Shown: one piece after another, positions 28,624-37,707 of the stretch
Position numbering within the stretch: the stretch's first letter is position 1
Layout of the letters: every line of letters begins with the position of its first letter
Assembly (NCBI GenBank): GCA_026416735.1
Contig: JAOAEO010000001.1
Span: 7,254 to 56,040 of the forward strand
DNA: 48,787 nt
From: Thermodesulfovibrionales bacterium
GTDB lineage: Bacteria > Nitrospirota > Thermodesulfovibrionia > Thermodesulfovibrionales > Dissulfurispiraceae
Reading direction: 5' to 3'
Position numbers and translations under genes: made by a program
The notes under the pieces: model-generated
What the model was told of the DNA's origin: nothing
Seen by the model: the letters and a program-made list of their open reading frames with translations, nothing else
Database searches by the model: none

Positions 28624-29562
28624 ATGAAATTCAGACCTATAGATATAAGTAAAGTCAAAACTTACTCGCTTAAGGATAGGAGAAATAAAGTCTCTATTGG
28701 TGATCACTATGGAATATATAAAAAGGGTGGATCTTTCCTCGATTTTATATCATCATTGCCTAATTTTTTGGCTGTCTGTGATCTGAAAGGGGTGGTAGAG
28801 GCCATCATAAAAGCCCACAAAAATGGAAGGCCAGTGATACTTGGCATGGGTGCACACCCAATCAAGGTAGGACTTTCCCCATTTATAATCGAATTGATGA
28901 AAGAAGGCATACTGTCAGCTATAGCAACGAATGGTGCTAGCATAATCCATGATTTTGAACTATCTTTTATAGGCGAGACATCGGAGGATGTTCTTAAAGA
29001 GTTGTCTCATGGAACCTTTGGCATGGCAAAAGAGACCGGTAGACTCCTAAATAATGCAATTAATGAAGGTGTAAAAAAAGGCAAAGGAATTGGGGAATCT
29101 ATTGGTGAATTTATAGCTTCCAATGATTTCCCCTTCAAAGAAATCAGTATTTTTGCTACAGGACATAAGTTATCCATTCCCATTACTGTTCACATTGCCA
29201 TTGGAACTGATATTATTCATATGCATGCTGAAGCTGATGGAGCCTCTATAGGTGAAGGTACCATGAAAGACTTTAGACTTTTTGCTGGGATTGTCTCTGA
29301 ACTCGAAGGAGGGGTATACATAAATCTGGGTTCTGCTGTGATTCTTCCAGAAGTCTTTTTAAAGGCTCTTAATCTTGCAAGAAACTTAGGATATAAAGTG
29401 GAAGAGTTTACTACTGTAAACATGGATTTATTTCAACACTATAGACCTTTAGAAAATGTTTTGAACAGACCAACGGCTATAAGAGGTCAGAAGTTTTCTT
29501 TGACAGGACATCATGAAATAATGTTCCCCCTTTTAACAGCTATGATTTTAGAAAGGTTGTAG
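28624..29562 (+). CDS. deoxyhypusine-synthase-like (DS family) protein
   Basis: VILGMGAHPIKVGLSPFIIELMKEGILSAIATNGASIIHDFE parallels the DHS core (..Lg.ts..i.sG....i..L.....vd.ivtTag..eeD). Recognised from memory of the family only. Confidence 0.45.
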   Translation: MKFRPIDISKVKTYSLKDRRNKVSIGDHYGIYKKGGSFLDFISSLPNFLAVCDLKGVVEAIIKAHKNGRPVILGMGAHPIKVGLSPFIIELMKEGILSAIATNGASIIHDFELSFIGETSEDVLKELSHGTFGMAKETGRLLNNAINEGVKKGKGIGESIGEFIASNDFPFKEISIFATGHKLSIPITVHIAIGTDIIHMHAEADGASIGEGTMKDFRLFAGIVSELEGGVYINLGSAVILPEVFLKALNLARNLGYKVEEFTTVNMDLFQHYRPLENVLNRPTAIRGQKFSLTGHHEIMFPLLTAMILERL

Positions 29563-29566
29563 AAAG

Positions 29567-29758
29567 ATGGATATAGTCATTATTGAAGAGAGGTGTATAG
29601 GTTGTGGTAACTGTGTCGAGATTTGCCCAGCAGTTTTCTATTTGGATGAAGAAATTGGTAAATCTCGAATTATAGATAAAGAGGCCTGTGAATATCTGGG
29701 ATGTTGCGAGGCTGCAGCAGAGAACTGTCCAGTTGAGGCTATAGTAATAAAGGTTTAA
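29567..29758 (+). CDS. small [4Fe-4S] ferredoxin
   Basis: 63 aa. CIGCGNCVEICP plus a distal C...CP (AENCPVEAI). Starts 4 nt after the preceding gene. Confidence 0.8.
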   Translation: MDIVIIEERCIGCGNCVEICPAVFYLDEEIGKSRIIDKEACEYLGCCEAAAENCPVEAIVIKV

Positions 29759-29767
29759 AAAAATTTT

Positions 29768-30493
29768 TTACTCTCCATAGGACAACCTATTAATTAAGTA
29801 AGGGGGCAGACCATACTTCATCATTTTATTTTGTGTTTTAGTGATGTCATATTCAATTCGACGAAAATAAATTAACCCATCGTCGAACACACAATAGCAT
29901 GCTCTTGGATCTCCGTCACGAGGCTGCCCTACGCTACCAACGTTTATAATGTATCTTGAGTCGTAAGAAATCTTTACCCTTTGGCTATAGGTTATTAGTT
30001 CATCTGATTGTTTTTTTTCCACTATAATTGGGACATGAGTATGTCCTATAAAAGATATCTTTTCATCAAAATGTAGGAAATTAACATAAGCGTCATTGAA
30101 GGTCAATAAATAGGACCACTTCTCAGGATTTTTAGGAGTTGAATGAACTAAAAAGATATCTTTATTCTGAATTTCTTGAGATATTTTAAAGGTTCTTAGA
30201 ATCTTTATTCTGTCGGCATCTGTATTCCTTAAAGCCCATATAATTGACTCCTTTGCGTAGGGATTAAAGAAATTAATGTCTATCAATCCAAGCATCGCCC
30301 AATCATGATTACCAGCTATTTGGACTGCGCTTTCATTTTTTATAATATCTATACATTCCTGAGGATTGGGACCATAACCAACAACATCTCCCAAAAAAAA
30401 TATTTCTTTAATATCATTTTTCTTAATATCGGATAAAACAGCATTTAATGCCTCCAAATTGGCATGAACATCTGAAATTACAGCATATTTCAT
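29768..30493 (-). CDS. metallophosphoesterase (calcineurin-like, YfcE/MJ0936-type)
   Basis: Motifs ISDVHAN, GDVVGYG, GNHD and GHTH in the canonical order. 241 aa. Confidence 0.8.
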   Translation of the reverse strand: MKYAVISDVHANLEALNAVLSDIKKNDIKEIFFLGDVVGYGPNPQECIDIIKNESAVQIAGNHDWAMLGLIDINFFNPYAKESIIWALRNTDADRIKILRTFKISQEIQNKDIFLVHSTPKNPEKWSYLLTFNDAYVNFLHFDEKISFIGHTHVPIIVEKKQSDELITYSQRVKISYDSRYIINVGSVGQPRDGDPRACYCVFDDGLIYFRRIEYDITKTQNKMMKYGLPPYLINRLSYGE

Positions 30494-30589
30494 AGCTTAT
30501 AAATAGTTTTAGTTAAAAATTAAACAATTGTTTTATAATAATCAACAAAAATCTTTTCAATTTAATCATTGTATAGATTTCAGATCTAA

Positions 30590-30908
30590 GCAACTTTTCC
30601 TCTTTTTCAATTATAAACTCTATGGGTGTCTTTTTGTTAAGTGATTTATATTTTTTTGTACGACAGAATCAAATAATCTGCAAATGCTTGGCTAAGAGCC
30701 TTTTACTTAGATTATATCGAGATCTTTGTCTAAAAATTCTTCCAGTTATGTTTTTTATACCTCTCCTTTTACTATTCTTTGCCCAAAGACTATCAGGATT
30801 GTGATATATCCTGCCTACTCTATGAAAAAAAAGTTTATGTCTTTTGATTATGTTGCCCATGGTCGCCTCAGATACCGTCTGTAAACCCTCTGTCTTTACA
30901 ACATTCAT
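30590..30908 (-). pseudogene. remnant of an integrase-type (rve, IS481/IS3-like) transposase
   Basis: The 79-aa ORF carries an HTH-like segment (LQTVSEATMGNIIKRHKL). After an in-frame stop, the same frame reads KSLNKKTPIEFI, which resembles the C-terminal HxSLxxKTPxEF of rve transposases. The DDE core is missing. Confidence 0.35.
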
Positions 30909-31249
30909 CTAAAAAGGTGCTTTGTCTTTTCTTTACCAAACCTTGGGTATCCTTAATTTACTGTACTTATAAAAATAGATCATCTTAAAGAGTATCTATG
31001 ATTTCCTTATTCCTCATCGGGTGTATACTTAAAACACTAATGCCTCAAGTCTGCTCCACTTTCTTTTAAATTTTTTTTACATTTGTTGATTAATTTTTTT
31101 GTCAATCCCAAAGGATTCTATGAGGCTTCTTTCATACTTTTCAAAGGATTTAATAACAACTTTACTCTTTGGAAACATACCGAGGCTGGCTACATGCTTA
31201 AAAATTAATATCGCATATGTATACAATTTTTTTATAAATAAATTTTTTG

Positions 31250-31278
31250 TTGACAAATTTTATATAAATATTTATAAT
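31250..31278 (+). promoter_or_regulatory. consensus sigma70 promoter (TTGACA-17-TATAAT)
   Basis: TTGACA at 31250-31255, a 17-nt spacer, and TATAAT at 31273-31278. AAGGAG RBS at 31284-31289 and ATG at 31295. Confidence 0.6.
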
Positions 31279-31294
31279 TTGTAAAGGAGCTTAT

Positions 31295-31843
31295 ATGTTA
31301 AAAACTCTTTTTTCCTCTTCAACGAGAGTAGATATTTTATCATTACTCTTAAACAATCCAGAGGAGAAATTTTACATAAGGCAGATAGCAGCGATTTTAA
31401 AAAGAAATCCTGCGGGTGTAAAGAGAGAACTCGATAAATTGGAGGATATGGAGTTAGTGATTAGTGAGAAAGTGGCAAATCTTAAATATTTCCAAGCTAA
31501 CAAGAATTCTGCTTTGTTTTCGGAATTGAAGAGTATTATTGCAAAATCTTTAGGACTCTCTGGGGCATTAAAAAGCCTATTTAGGGGCAATTCCGTTAAA
31601 GCTGCCTTCATATATGGTCCTTATGTTGAAGACGATGAATCCCCTGTGGTCGATCTCTTAGTAATTGGTCCTTCTACACCCACTATTCTTATGGGATTAC
31701 AAGATATCGAAAAAAAATTTAATAAATCATTTAATTGCACCTTTATGGATTACGCCGACTTCAAATTAAGAAAGAAGACTGACATTAATCTTAGAAAGAT
31801 CTTACAAAGTAAGAAAATAAATCTCATAGGGAGTTTACGTTAA
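31295..31843 (+). CDS. winged-HTH (ArsR-like) protein fused to a degenerate nucleotidyltransferase-like domain
   Basis: N-terminus STRVDILSLLLNNPEEKFYIRQIAAILKRNPAGVKRELDKLEDMELV is wHTH-like. The C-terminus FIYGPYVEDDESPVVDLLVIG resembles the minimal-NTase G[SG]-x(n)-DxD strand-turn but lacks Ser and the second acidic residue. Confidence 0.55.
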   Translation: MLKTLFSSSTRVDILSLLLNNPEEKFYIRQIAAILKRNPAGVKRELDKLEDMELVISEKVANLKYFQANKNSALFSELKSIIAKSLGLSGALKSLFRGNSVKAAFIYGPYVEDDESPVVDLLVIGPSTPTILMGLQDIEKKFNKSFNCTFMDYADFKLRKKTDINLRKILQSKKINLIGSLR

Positions 31844-31934
31844 CTATATTTTCGTTGCCCTTTACAGTGACGGTTTGTGAAGTGGATAGTTAAAAGGAGC
31901 ATAGATAAAATCACTAAAGAAGGAGGTGAAAAAG

Positions 31935-32012
31935 ATGGCAGCAACTAAAAAGGCTCCAGCAAAAAAAGCTGCAGGTAAAACAACAACTAAAAAGACTTCA
32001 AAGAAGAAGTAA
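31935..32012 (+). CDS. hypothetical 25-aa lysine-rich peptide
   Basis: MAATKKAPAKKAAGKTTTKKTSKKK. ATG lies 6 nt after AAGGAGGTGA. Below the ORF-track cutoff. Confidence 0.4.
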   Translation: MAATKKAPAKKAAGKTTTKKTSKKK

Positions 32013-32093
32013 GATCTTATCGTAAAAATAGCAATAAAAAGGGAATGCCTCTATTCGTAGTTCTTTTATATCATCCGGAAGGTATTCCTTTTT

Positions 32094-32981
32094 TTATTTT
32101 GATAGACTTAACTCTAAGGTTTTACTGATAGTGGTATTATTGGTTATAGTAAAACAGTCTTCAGAAGATATTAGTTTTTTAAGGAAGTTAATATTGGCTG
32201 TATGGCCTGCCTTATCAAAAATAATATGACCTCTAATGTTATAGCCCGTCAATAGAAAATCACCTATCGAGTCGAGAATTTTATGTCTCACAAATTCATC
32301 GGGGAACCTTAACCCCTCTTCATTCAAGATACCCTCATCTCCAATAACGATGGCATTTTCTAAAGAACCCCCTTTTACAAGTCCCTTTAACCTCAAATTT
32401 TCGACATCCTTTAAGAAACCAAAGGTTCTGGCAGGAGCAATTTCTGTTATAAAGGCTTTCTCATTTATTTCTATACTCAGCCTTTGTTGCCTTAAAAATT
32501 TATGATCAAACCTAATATAATAGGATATGGAATATCCATCATAGGGTAAAGCTACTATTTTTGAATGCCGATCTTCATAGACAACGGGTTTCTTTATTAC
32601 AAGAAAAAGCTTTCCTTTAGGCTGCTTCGTTATACCAGCCTTTAGTATTAAGCCTGTTAAATAGGTAGAACTTCCATCTAAAATTGGTATTTCAGGGCCA
32701 TCAATCTCTATAAATAAATTGTCTATACCAAGACCAGCAATAGCTGCTAACAAATGCTCAACTGTTTTAATCCTAATTCCATTGAGACCAATTGTTGTTG
32801 CAAAGGATGTATCTACTACTGAATATATATTAGCTTTGATTATTACTCCCTTATCGGCACGACAAAAAATTATACCTGAATCAACAGGAGCAGGCTTAAG
32901 CCTGACAGTTGCAAGTTTACCCGTGTGGAGCCCTTTACCCTCAAAATATACTTCTTTAGAGATGGTTCGCTGAAGCATCAT
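32094..32981 (-). CDS. lpxC: UDP-3-O-acyl-N-acetylglucosamine deacetylase
   Basis: QRTI...V.F.G.GLHTG start, TVEHLLAA and RHKILDSIGD motifs. Confidence 0.9.
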   Translation of the reverse strand: MMLQRTISKEVYFEGKGLHTGKLATVRLKPAPVDSGIIFCRADKGVIIKANIYSVVDTSFATTIGLNGIRIKTVEHLLAAIAGLGIDNLFIEIDGPEIPILDGSSTYLTGLILKAGITKQPKGKLFLVIKKPVVYEDRHSKIVALPYDGYSISYYIRFDHKFLRQQRLSIEINEKAFITEIAPARTFGFLKDVENLRLKGLVKGGSLENAIVIGDEGILNEEGLRFPDEFVRHKILDSIGDFLLTGYNIRGHIIFDKAGHTANINFLKKLISSEDCFTITNNTTISKTLELSLSK

Positions 32982-33089
32982 TAAGATGATGATCTTAGCA
33001 ATTGATATGCCAGCAGAAGATTTCGTTAAATCAATACATGCCCTTTTAAAAATGTAGATAAATTTCTAAGTTGTGTAAAAATTAACACA

Positions 33090-34478
33090 CTACCTCTCTA
33101 TTTCACCACCAACTACCATCTCAGGGATCCTCAGGGTAGGCATCCCATCAGAGACTGGGACTCCCTGAGCATCTTTTCCGCAAGTCCCTATTGAAAATCC
33201 CAAATCTGAAGCTACCATGTCGATAGCTAATAATATCTCTGGACCATTACCAATCAAAGTTGCACCCCTCACTGCATCTCCAAGAGAACCATCTTCTATT
33301 AAATAGCCTTCTTGGACATCAAAAACAAAGTCTCCAGTGATTGTGTTTACCTGTCCACCCCCCATTTTTTTTACAAAAAGCCCTTTGTCGACAGATTTTA
33401 TTACATCTTCAGGGCTTAATAATCCAGGGGCTAAAAAGGTATTAGTCATGCGTGGAATAGGTTTATGTTCGTAAGATTGTCTTCTCCCATTCCCAGTGGA
33501 TGAAACATTATCAACCATAGCTGTATATATATCATACAAATATCCCTGTAGAATACCTTCTTTAACAAGAATATTTCTCTTAGAAGGAGTTCCTTCATCA
33601 TCAAAACTGAAGGATCCCCTCTTTGCCGGCATTGTGCCATCATCGATAACAGTAATTACGGGAGAAGCAACCTTTTGTCCCACCTTCCCCGAATAGACGG
33701 ATAATCGTTGTTGAACGAGATCAGCTTCAAGACCGTGTCCGATAGCTTCGTGTATCATCGTTCCGCCGGCTTGTGAGGAAATCACAACAGGCATACGTCC
33801 ACCTGGTGCTCTTCTTGCATAAAGCATCATAATAGCTCTCTTTGCTGCAATTAAAGCAAACTCATACAAAGGTGAATTATCAAAGAGTTCGAAACCCAAG
33901 TTTCCACCTATTGCTTCGTAGCCTGTCTGAATTTTTTCACCATCAGAGGAAACGACATGAACTATACCAGTTGTATATATCCTTTCGTCCTCTGTAAAGA
34001 TGTTTTTAGAATTAAAAATAGAGACCCTTTGAACTGTATCTCGATATATAACATTCACCTGCTTGATTTTCTTGTCAAATTTACGAGCTACATCATTAGC
34101 CTCTTTGACCTGTTCAATCTTCATAAATACAGGTACTTCATCTGGCCGCTTTTTTATAGTAAAAGAGGTTGAAGGATAGCTCTTTTTAAAGCTGAGAATC
34201 AATTTGTTACTACCGTCTTTTGCAATCTTGCTAACTGAATCTGCCATATCCATTAAGACTTTCTCTCCAAAATCGTTGCTAAAGGCATAGGCAGTTATTT
34301 TATTAAGTATTAACCTGATACCTACTCCAGAATCAGATCCTATTAAGACCTTTTCAATTTTGTCATCTTCAAGTTGTATTGTTGTGGTAGATTTATTTTC
34401 GCAGAAGATATCGGCAAACTCCCCACCTCTCGATAGAACCTTCTTCAATATCTTATATGCTAAATTAGGATCTAACAT
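33090..34478 (-). CDS. tldD: metalloprotease TldD
   Basis: HEAIGHGLEAD motif and a GxC...G.P C-terminal region. The start was set at ATG 34478, 6 nt after AAAGGAGG. The track TTG at 34511 lies upstream of that RBS. Confidence 0.9.
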   Translation of the reverse strand: MLDPNLAYKILKKVLSRGGEFADIFCENKSTTTIQLEDDKIEKVLIGSDSGVGIRLILNKITAYAFSNDFGEKVLMDMADSVSKIAKDGSNKLILSFKKSYPSTSFTIKKRPDEVPVFMKIEQVKEANDVARKFDKKIKQVNVIYRDTVQRVSIFNSKNIFTEDERIYTTGIVHVVSSDGEKIQTGYEAIGGNLGFELFDNSPLYEFALIAAKRAIMMLYARRAPGGRMPVVISSQAGGTMIHEAIGHGLEADLVQQRLSVYSGKVGQKVASPVITVIDDGTMPAKRGSFSFDDEGTPSKRNILVKEGILQGYLYDIYTAMVDNVSSTGNGRRQSYEHKPIPRMTNTFLAPGLLSPEDVIKSVDKGLFVKKMGGGQVNTITGDFVFDVQEGYLIEDGSLGDAVRGATLIGNGPEILLAIDMVASDLGFSIGTCGKDAQGVPVSDGMPTLRIPEMVVGGEIER

Positions 34479-34689
34479 TTTTCCTCCTTTGATAAAACAG
34501 AGATTGTTCAATAAACCACAAAAGCTTGAAAATCAAACATCTGTAAGCCATTTTTACCTCAAATTGAAAAATCCTCCATAAGAGTCTTTACATATACAAC
34601 ATTATATTAAAAAATCTTAATCTCCTTCCAACAAACCTTTGCAAATTTCACTGCCACAAGTATTATTCTTACTTTATATACAAGATTTG

Positions 34690-35242
34690 CCAATCTAAGT
34701 TTCCCAAAGTTGGCAGACAAAGTTTTACTCCCAAAAGCCTCTTTAAAGTCCTACTTCTCATCTATCTCGGTTATGCTTCCTCTGAAAGAGACTTAGCTAA
34801 GAAGCTCAGATTTGATAGTAGACTCAACTATCTTTGTACTTTCTCCTATGGAAACTCTCTGAGCATAATACTTTCCACTATTTTAGAGAAAGTCTTAGAG
34901 AGAAGCATAAGATTCTTCTTAATCTTTCAGCTCAAGCTTTGTGCCTTATGAAAAGTAAAAAATCTTAAACTTTCCATAGACTCCTCCCATACAGAAGCTT
35001 TCCCTCTTATAGGGATACTCAATGGGGACATAAGCCTATGGATTTTAACTTTTAGAGATACAAGGTTCATCATAAGATTAGCTACGCCGCTTCTTATTCT
35101 GCTTCTATAAAGCTCATAGAGTGATGCTGGCTATGACAGTGTAAACAGAAGAGATAAAGGAACTGACCACACTATGTGCCAACGAGATAACGACATCAGA
35201 TGGAATAATAATATGAGATACGACGCCAATAGAATCACTTAA
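34690..35242 (+). pseudogene. decayed IS5/IS4-type (DUF772 N-terminus) transposase
   Basis: A start-less open frame reads GRQSFTPKSLFKVLLLIYLGYASSERDLAKKLRFDSRLNYLC (pattern GRP.y.p..l.k.lLL.yl...S.R.le..l..d..f..fc). A later fragment reads DAGYDS...RYDANRIT (pattern D.GYDS ... RYDK). Stops and deletions lie between them. Confidence 0.55.
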
Positions 35243-35333
35243 ATAATAAACTAAAAACTTACAATTTTAATCAAAAATAATCATTTAATGTTAATTCTAT
35301 TCATTTTATGTAAATATAAGCCACTATTAACAT

Positions 35334-35362
35334 TTGTAAGAATTTCTCAATAAAGGTTATAT
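35334..35362 (+). promoter_or_regulatory. candidate groESL promoter (TTGTAA-17-TTATAT)
   Basis: -35 at 35334-35339 and -10 at 35357-35362, abutting the CIRCE operator as in HrcA-controlled groE promoters. Confidence 0.45.
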
Positions 35363-35388
35363 TAGCACTCACTAATGGTGAGTGCTAA
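35362..35388 (+). promoter_or_regulatory. CIRCE operator (HrcA binding site)
   Basis: Exact consensus TTAGCACTC-N9-GAGTGCTAA, 29 nt upstream of the groES ATG. Confidence 0.9.
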
Positions 35389-35416
35389 TAAAATAATATA
35401 TTAAGGAGGTAAAAGA

Positions 35417-35680
35417 ATGAAGATTAAACCACTTAAAGAAAGGGTAGTTGTAAAGTATTCAGAAGAAGAACTTGAAAAGACAGCAGGTGGTATTTATGTT
35501 CCAGACGTGGCTAAGGAGAAACCACAAAAAGGGACAGTAGAAGCGGTTGGCTCTGAAGTCAAAGAGGTAAAAGTAGGTGATGTTGTATTGTTTGATAAGT
35601 ATTCAGGATCTAAAATTAAACTTAATGATGTTGAATACCTGATTATCAAAGAGGAAGATATCCTTGGGATCATTCAATAG
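35417..35680 (+). CDS. groES: co-chaperonin GroES
   Basis: IKPL.ERV.V...[12 protein letters not shown]. 87 aa. AAGGAGG RBS. Confidence 0.95.
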   Translation: MKIKPLKERVVVKYSEEELEKTAGGIYVPDVAKEKPQKGTVEAVGSEVKEVKVGDVVLFDKYSGSKIKLNDVEYLIIKEEDILGIIQ

Positions 35681-35699
35681 TTAAGAGGAGGGATTAAAG

Positions 35700-37331
35700 A
35701 TGGCAGCAAAACAGCTTTTATTCGATGAAAATGCGAGACAGGCAATTTTAAGAGGTGTAACTATACTGACAGATGCCGTTAAGGCTACATTGGGGCCAAG
35801 AGGTAGAAATGTAATAATTGACAGAAAGTTTGGAGCTCCAAATATTACAAAAGATGGCGTAACTGTCGCGAAGGAAATTGAGTTAAAAGATCCCTATGAG
35901 AATATGGGTGCTCAACTGCTCAGAGAGGTAGCTTCGAAGACTTCAGATGTTGCCGGTGATGGTACAACAACAGCAACAGTTCTTGCCTATTCCATGTATA
36001 AAGAGGGTATGAAATATGTAACTGCAGGCGCTAATGCAATAGATGTTAAAAGAGGAATCGATAAAGCTGTAGAGGTAGTTGTAGAAGAACTCAAAAAGAT
36101 GAGCAAGCCTGTGGCTGACAAGAAAGAGATTGCTCAGGTTGGAACGATTTCTGCTAACAACGATGCCTCTATAGGTGAGCTCATTGCAGAGGCTATGGAC
36201 AAAGTAGGTAAAGATGGTGTAATTACTGTGGAAGAAGCAAAGAGTATGGCTACAACCCTCGAAATTGTTGAAGGTATGCAGTTTGACAGGGGTTATATTT
36301 CGCCATATTTTATAACTGATCCAGAAAGAATGCAATGCGTTCTTGAAGATGCTTTCTTATTAATACATGATAAGAAGATTTCAAGCATGAAGGACCTCCT
36401 TCCTATACTTGAGCAAATAGCTAAGATGGGTAAACCTTTATTGATTATCGCCGAAGAGGTAGAAGGTGAAGCCCTTGCGACTTTAGTTGTTAATAAACTT
36501 CGTGGAACTCTCCAAGTGTGTGCTGTCAAAGCTCCTGGCTTTGGTGACAGAAGGAAAGCGATGTTAGAGGACATCGCCATACTTACAGGTGGTACTGTGA
36601 TATCAGAAGATCTTGGGTTGAAGCTGGAGAATGTTAAACTCACCGATTTAGGTAGAGCTAAAAAGATCAACATAGAAAAGGAAAATACTACAATTGTTGA
36701 AGGAGCTGGAAGTCCAGCAGCTATTCAAGGTAGAGTAAGGCAGATCAAAACACAGATTGAGGAGACCACATCAGATTATGATAGAGAGAAGCTTCAAGAA
36801 AGACTTGCAAAACTCGTCGGTGGAGTCGCGGTAATTAATGTTGGAGCTGCAACAGAAGCAGAGATGAAGGAGAAGAAAGCAAGAGTGGAAGATGCACTTA
36901 ATGCTACGAGGGCAGCTGTCGAAGAAGGCATTGTCCCAGGTGGAGGAGTAGCTCTTTTGAGATGCATTAAGGCATTGGACAATCTGAAATTAGAGCATGA
37001 TATGCAAATTGGTGTCAATATAGTAAAGAGAGCCTTAGAAGAGCCTATAAGGCAGATAATTTTCAACACCGGACTTGAAAGCTCAATTATAGTTGAGAAG
37101 GTAAAGGAGGCGACAGATCCAAACTATGGTTTTGACGCCTACAAAGAAGAATTTACTGATATGATAAAGGCAGGTATAATCGATCCAACAAAGGTAACTC
37201 GTTGGGCCCTTCTAAATGCTGCCTCAGTTGCTGGGCTGATGTTGACTACCGAAGTAATGATCACGGAAGTACCCGAAGAAGAAAAGAAGATGCCTGGAAT
37301 GCCTGGCGGCGGTATGGGTGATATGTACTAA
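35700..37331 (+). CDS. groEL: chaperonin GroEL
   Basis: [21 protein letters not shown], and a Gly-Met-rich C-terminal tail ([12 protein letters not shown]). Confidence 0.98.
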   Translation: MAAKQLLFDENARQAILRGVTILTDAVKATLGPRGRNVIIDRKFGAPNITKDGVTVAKEIELKDPYENMGAQLLREVASKTSDVAGDGTTTATVLAYSMYKEGMKYVTAGANAIDVKRGIDKAVEVVVEELKKMSKPVADKKEIAQVGTISANNDASIGELIAEAMDKVGKDGVITVEEAKSMATTLEIVEGMQFDRGYISPYFITDPERMQCVLEDAFLLIHDKKISSMKDLLPILEQIAKMGKPLLIIAEEVEGEALATLVVNKLRGTLQVCAVKAPGFGDRRKAMLEDIAILTGGTVISEDLGLKLENVKLTDLGRAKKINIEKENTTIVEGAGSPAAIQGRVRQIKTQIEETTSDYDREKLQERLAKLVGGVAVINVGAATEAEMKEKKARVEDALNATRAAVEEGIVPGGGVALLRCIKALDNLKLEHDMQIGVNIVKRALEEPIRQIIFNTGLESSIIVEKVKEATDPNYGFDAYKEEFTDMIKAGIIDPTKVTRWALLNAASVAGLMLTTEVMITEVPEEEKKMPGMPGGGMGDMY

Positions 37332-37361
37332 AAACTTTTTAAAGATAAAAACAAATAGCTT

Positions 37362-37401
37362 AAGAGAGGGAGTGAGTATTTCATTCCCTCTCTTTTATTT
37401 T
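37362..37401 (+). terminator. rho-independent terminator of groESL
   Basis: 14-bp stem (AAGAGAGGGAGTGA / TCATTCCCTCTCTT, one G-U pair), a 5-nt loop, then TTTTATTTT. Confidence 0.8.
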
Positions 37402-37707
37402 ATTTAAAGATTTCTTTGATATTCCCTATTGTTTTGATACGATTGATCTGCTAATTGAACCTCAAATTTTTCTTTTTCAAACTAAATAAGTTATAGTCTT
37501 TTTAGCCATTTCTTTTCTTCAATTAAAATTAGAGTTTTGATAACCCCATAAAGTAACCTTAAACTCTCCAAAGATGTAGTGGCAACTCCAATACTGGTAT
37601 TAACTGCTCTATAAAAATTCCCCCGTATAAACTTGAAAAGAGAGAGAAAGGGTACATTACCTATGTGAGATTGAATTATTAACTTTTTGTATTTTAATAT
37701 ATCCAGG

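Noticed and set aside
30622-31284. Plus-strand ORFs 30622-30804 and 31099-31284 (60-61 aa).
   Set aside because: They are hydrophobic and low-complexity. They lie antisense to the transposase remnant or across the consensus promoter, and neither has an RBS.
32039-32095. Imperfect hairpin (AAGGGAATGCC ... GGTATTCCTT) with flanking A/T tracts between the Lys-rich ORF and the lpxC end. Considered as a bidirectional terminator.
   Set aside because: The loop is about 31 nt, and the stem needs a bulge and G-U pairs. That is too weak to list as a feature. It is mentioned only in the related finding.
35943-37069. Three minus-strand ORFs (130, 126 and 91 aa) inside groEL.
   Set aside because: They are antisense shadows of a highly conserved gene and there is no independent support.
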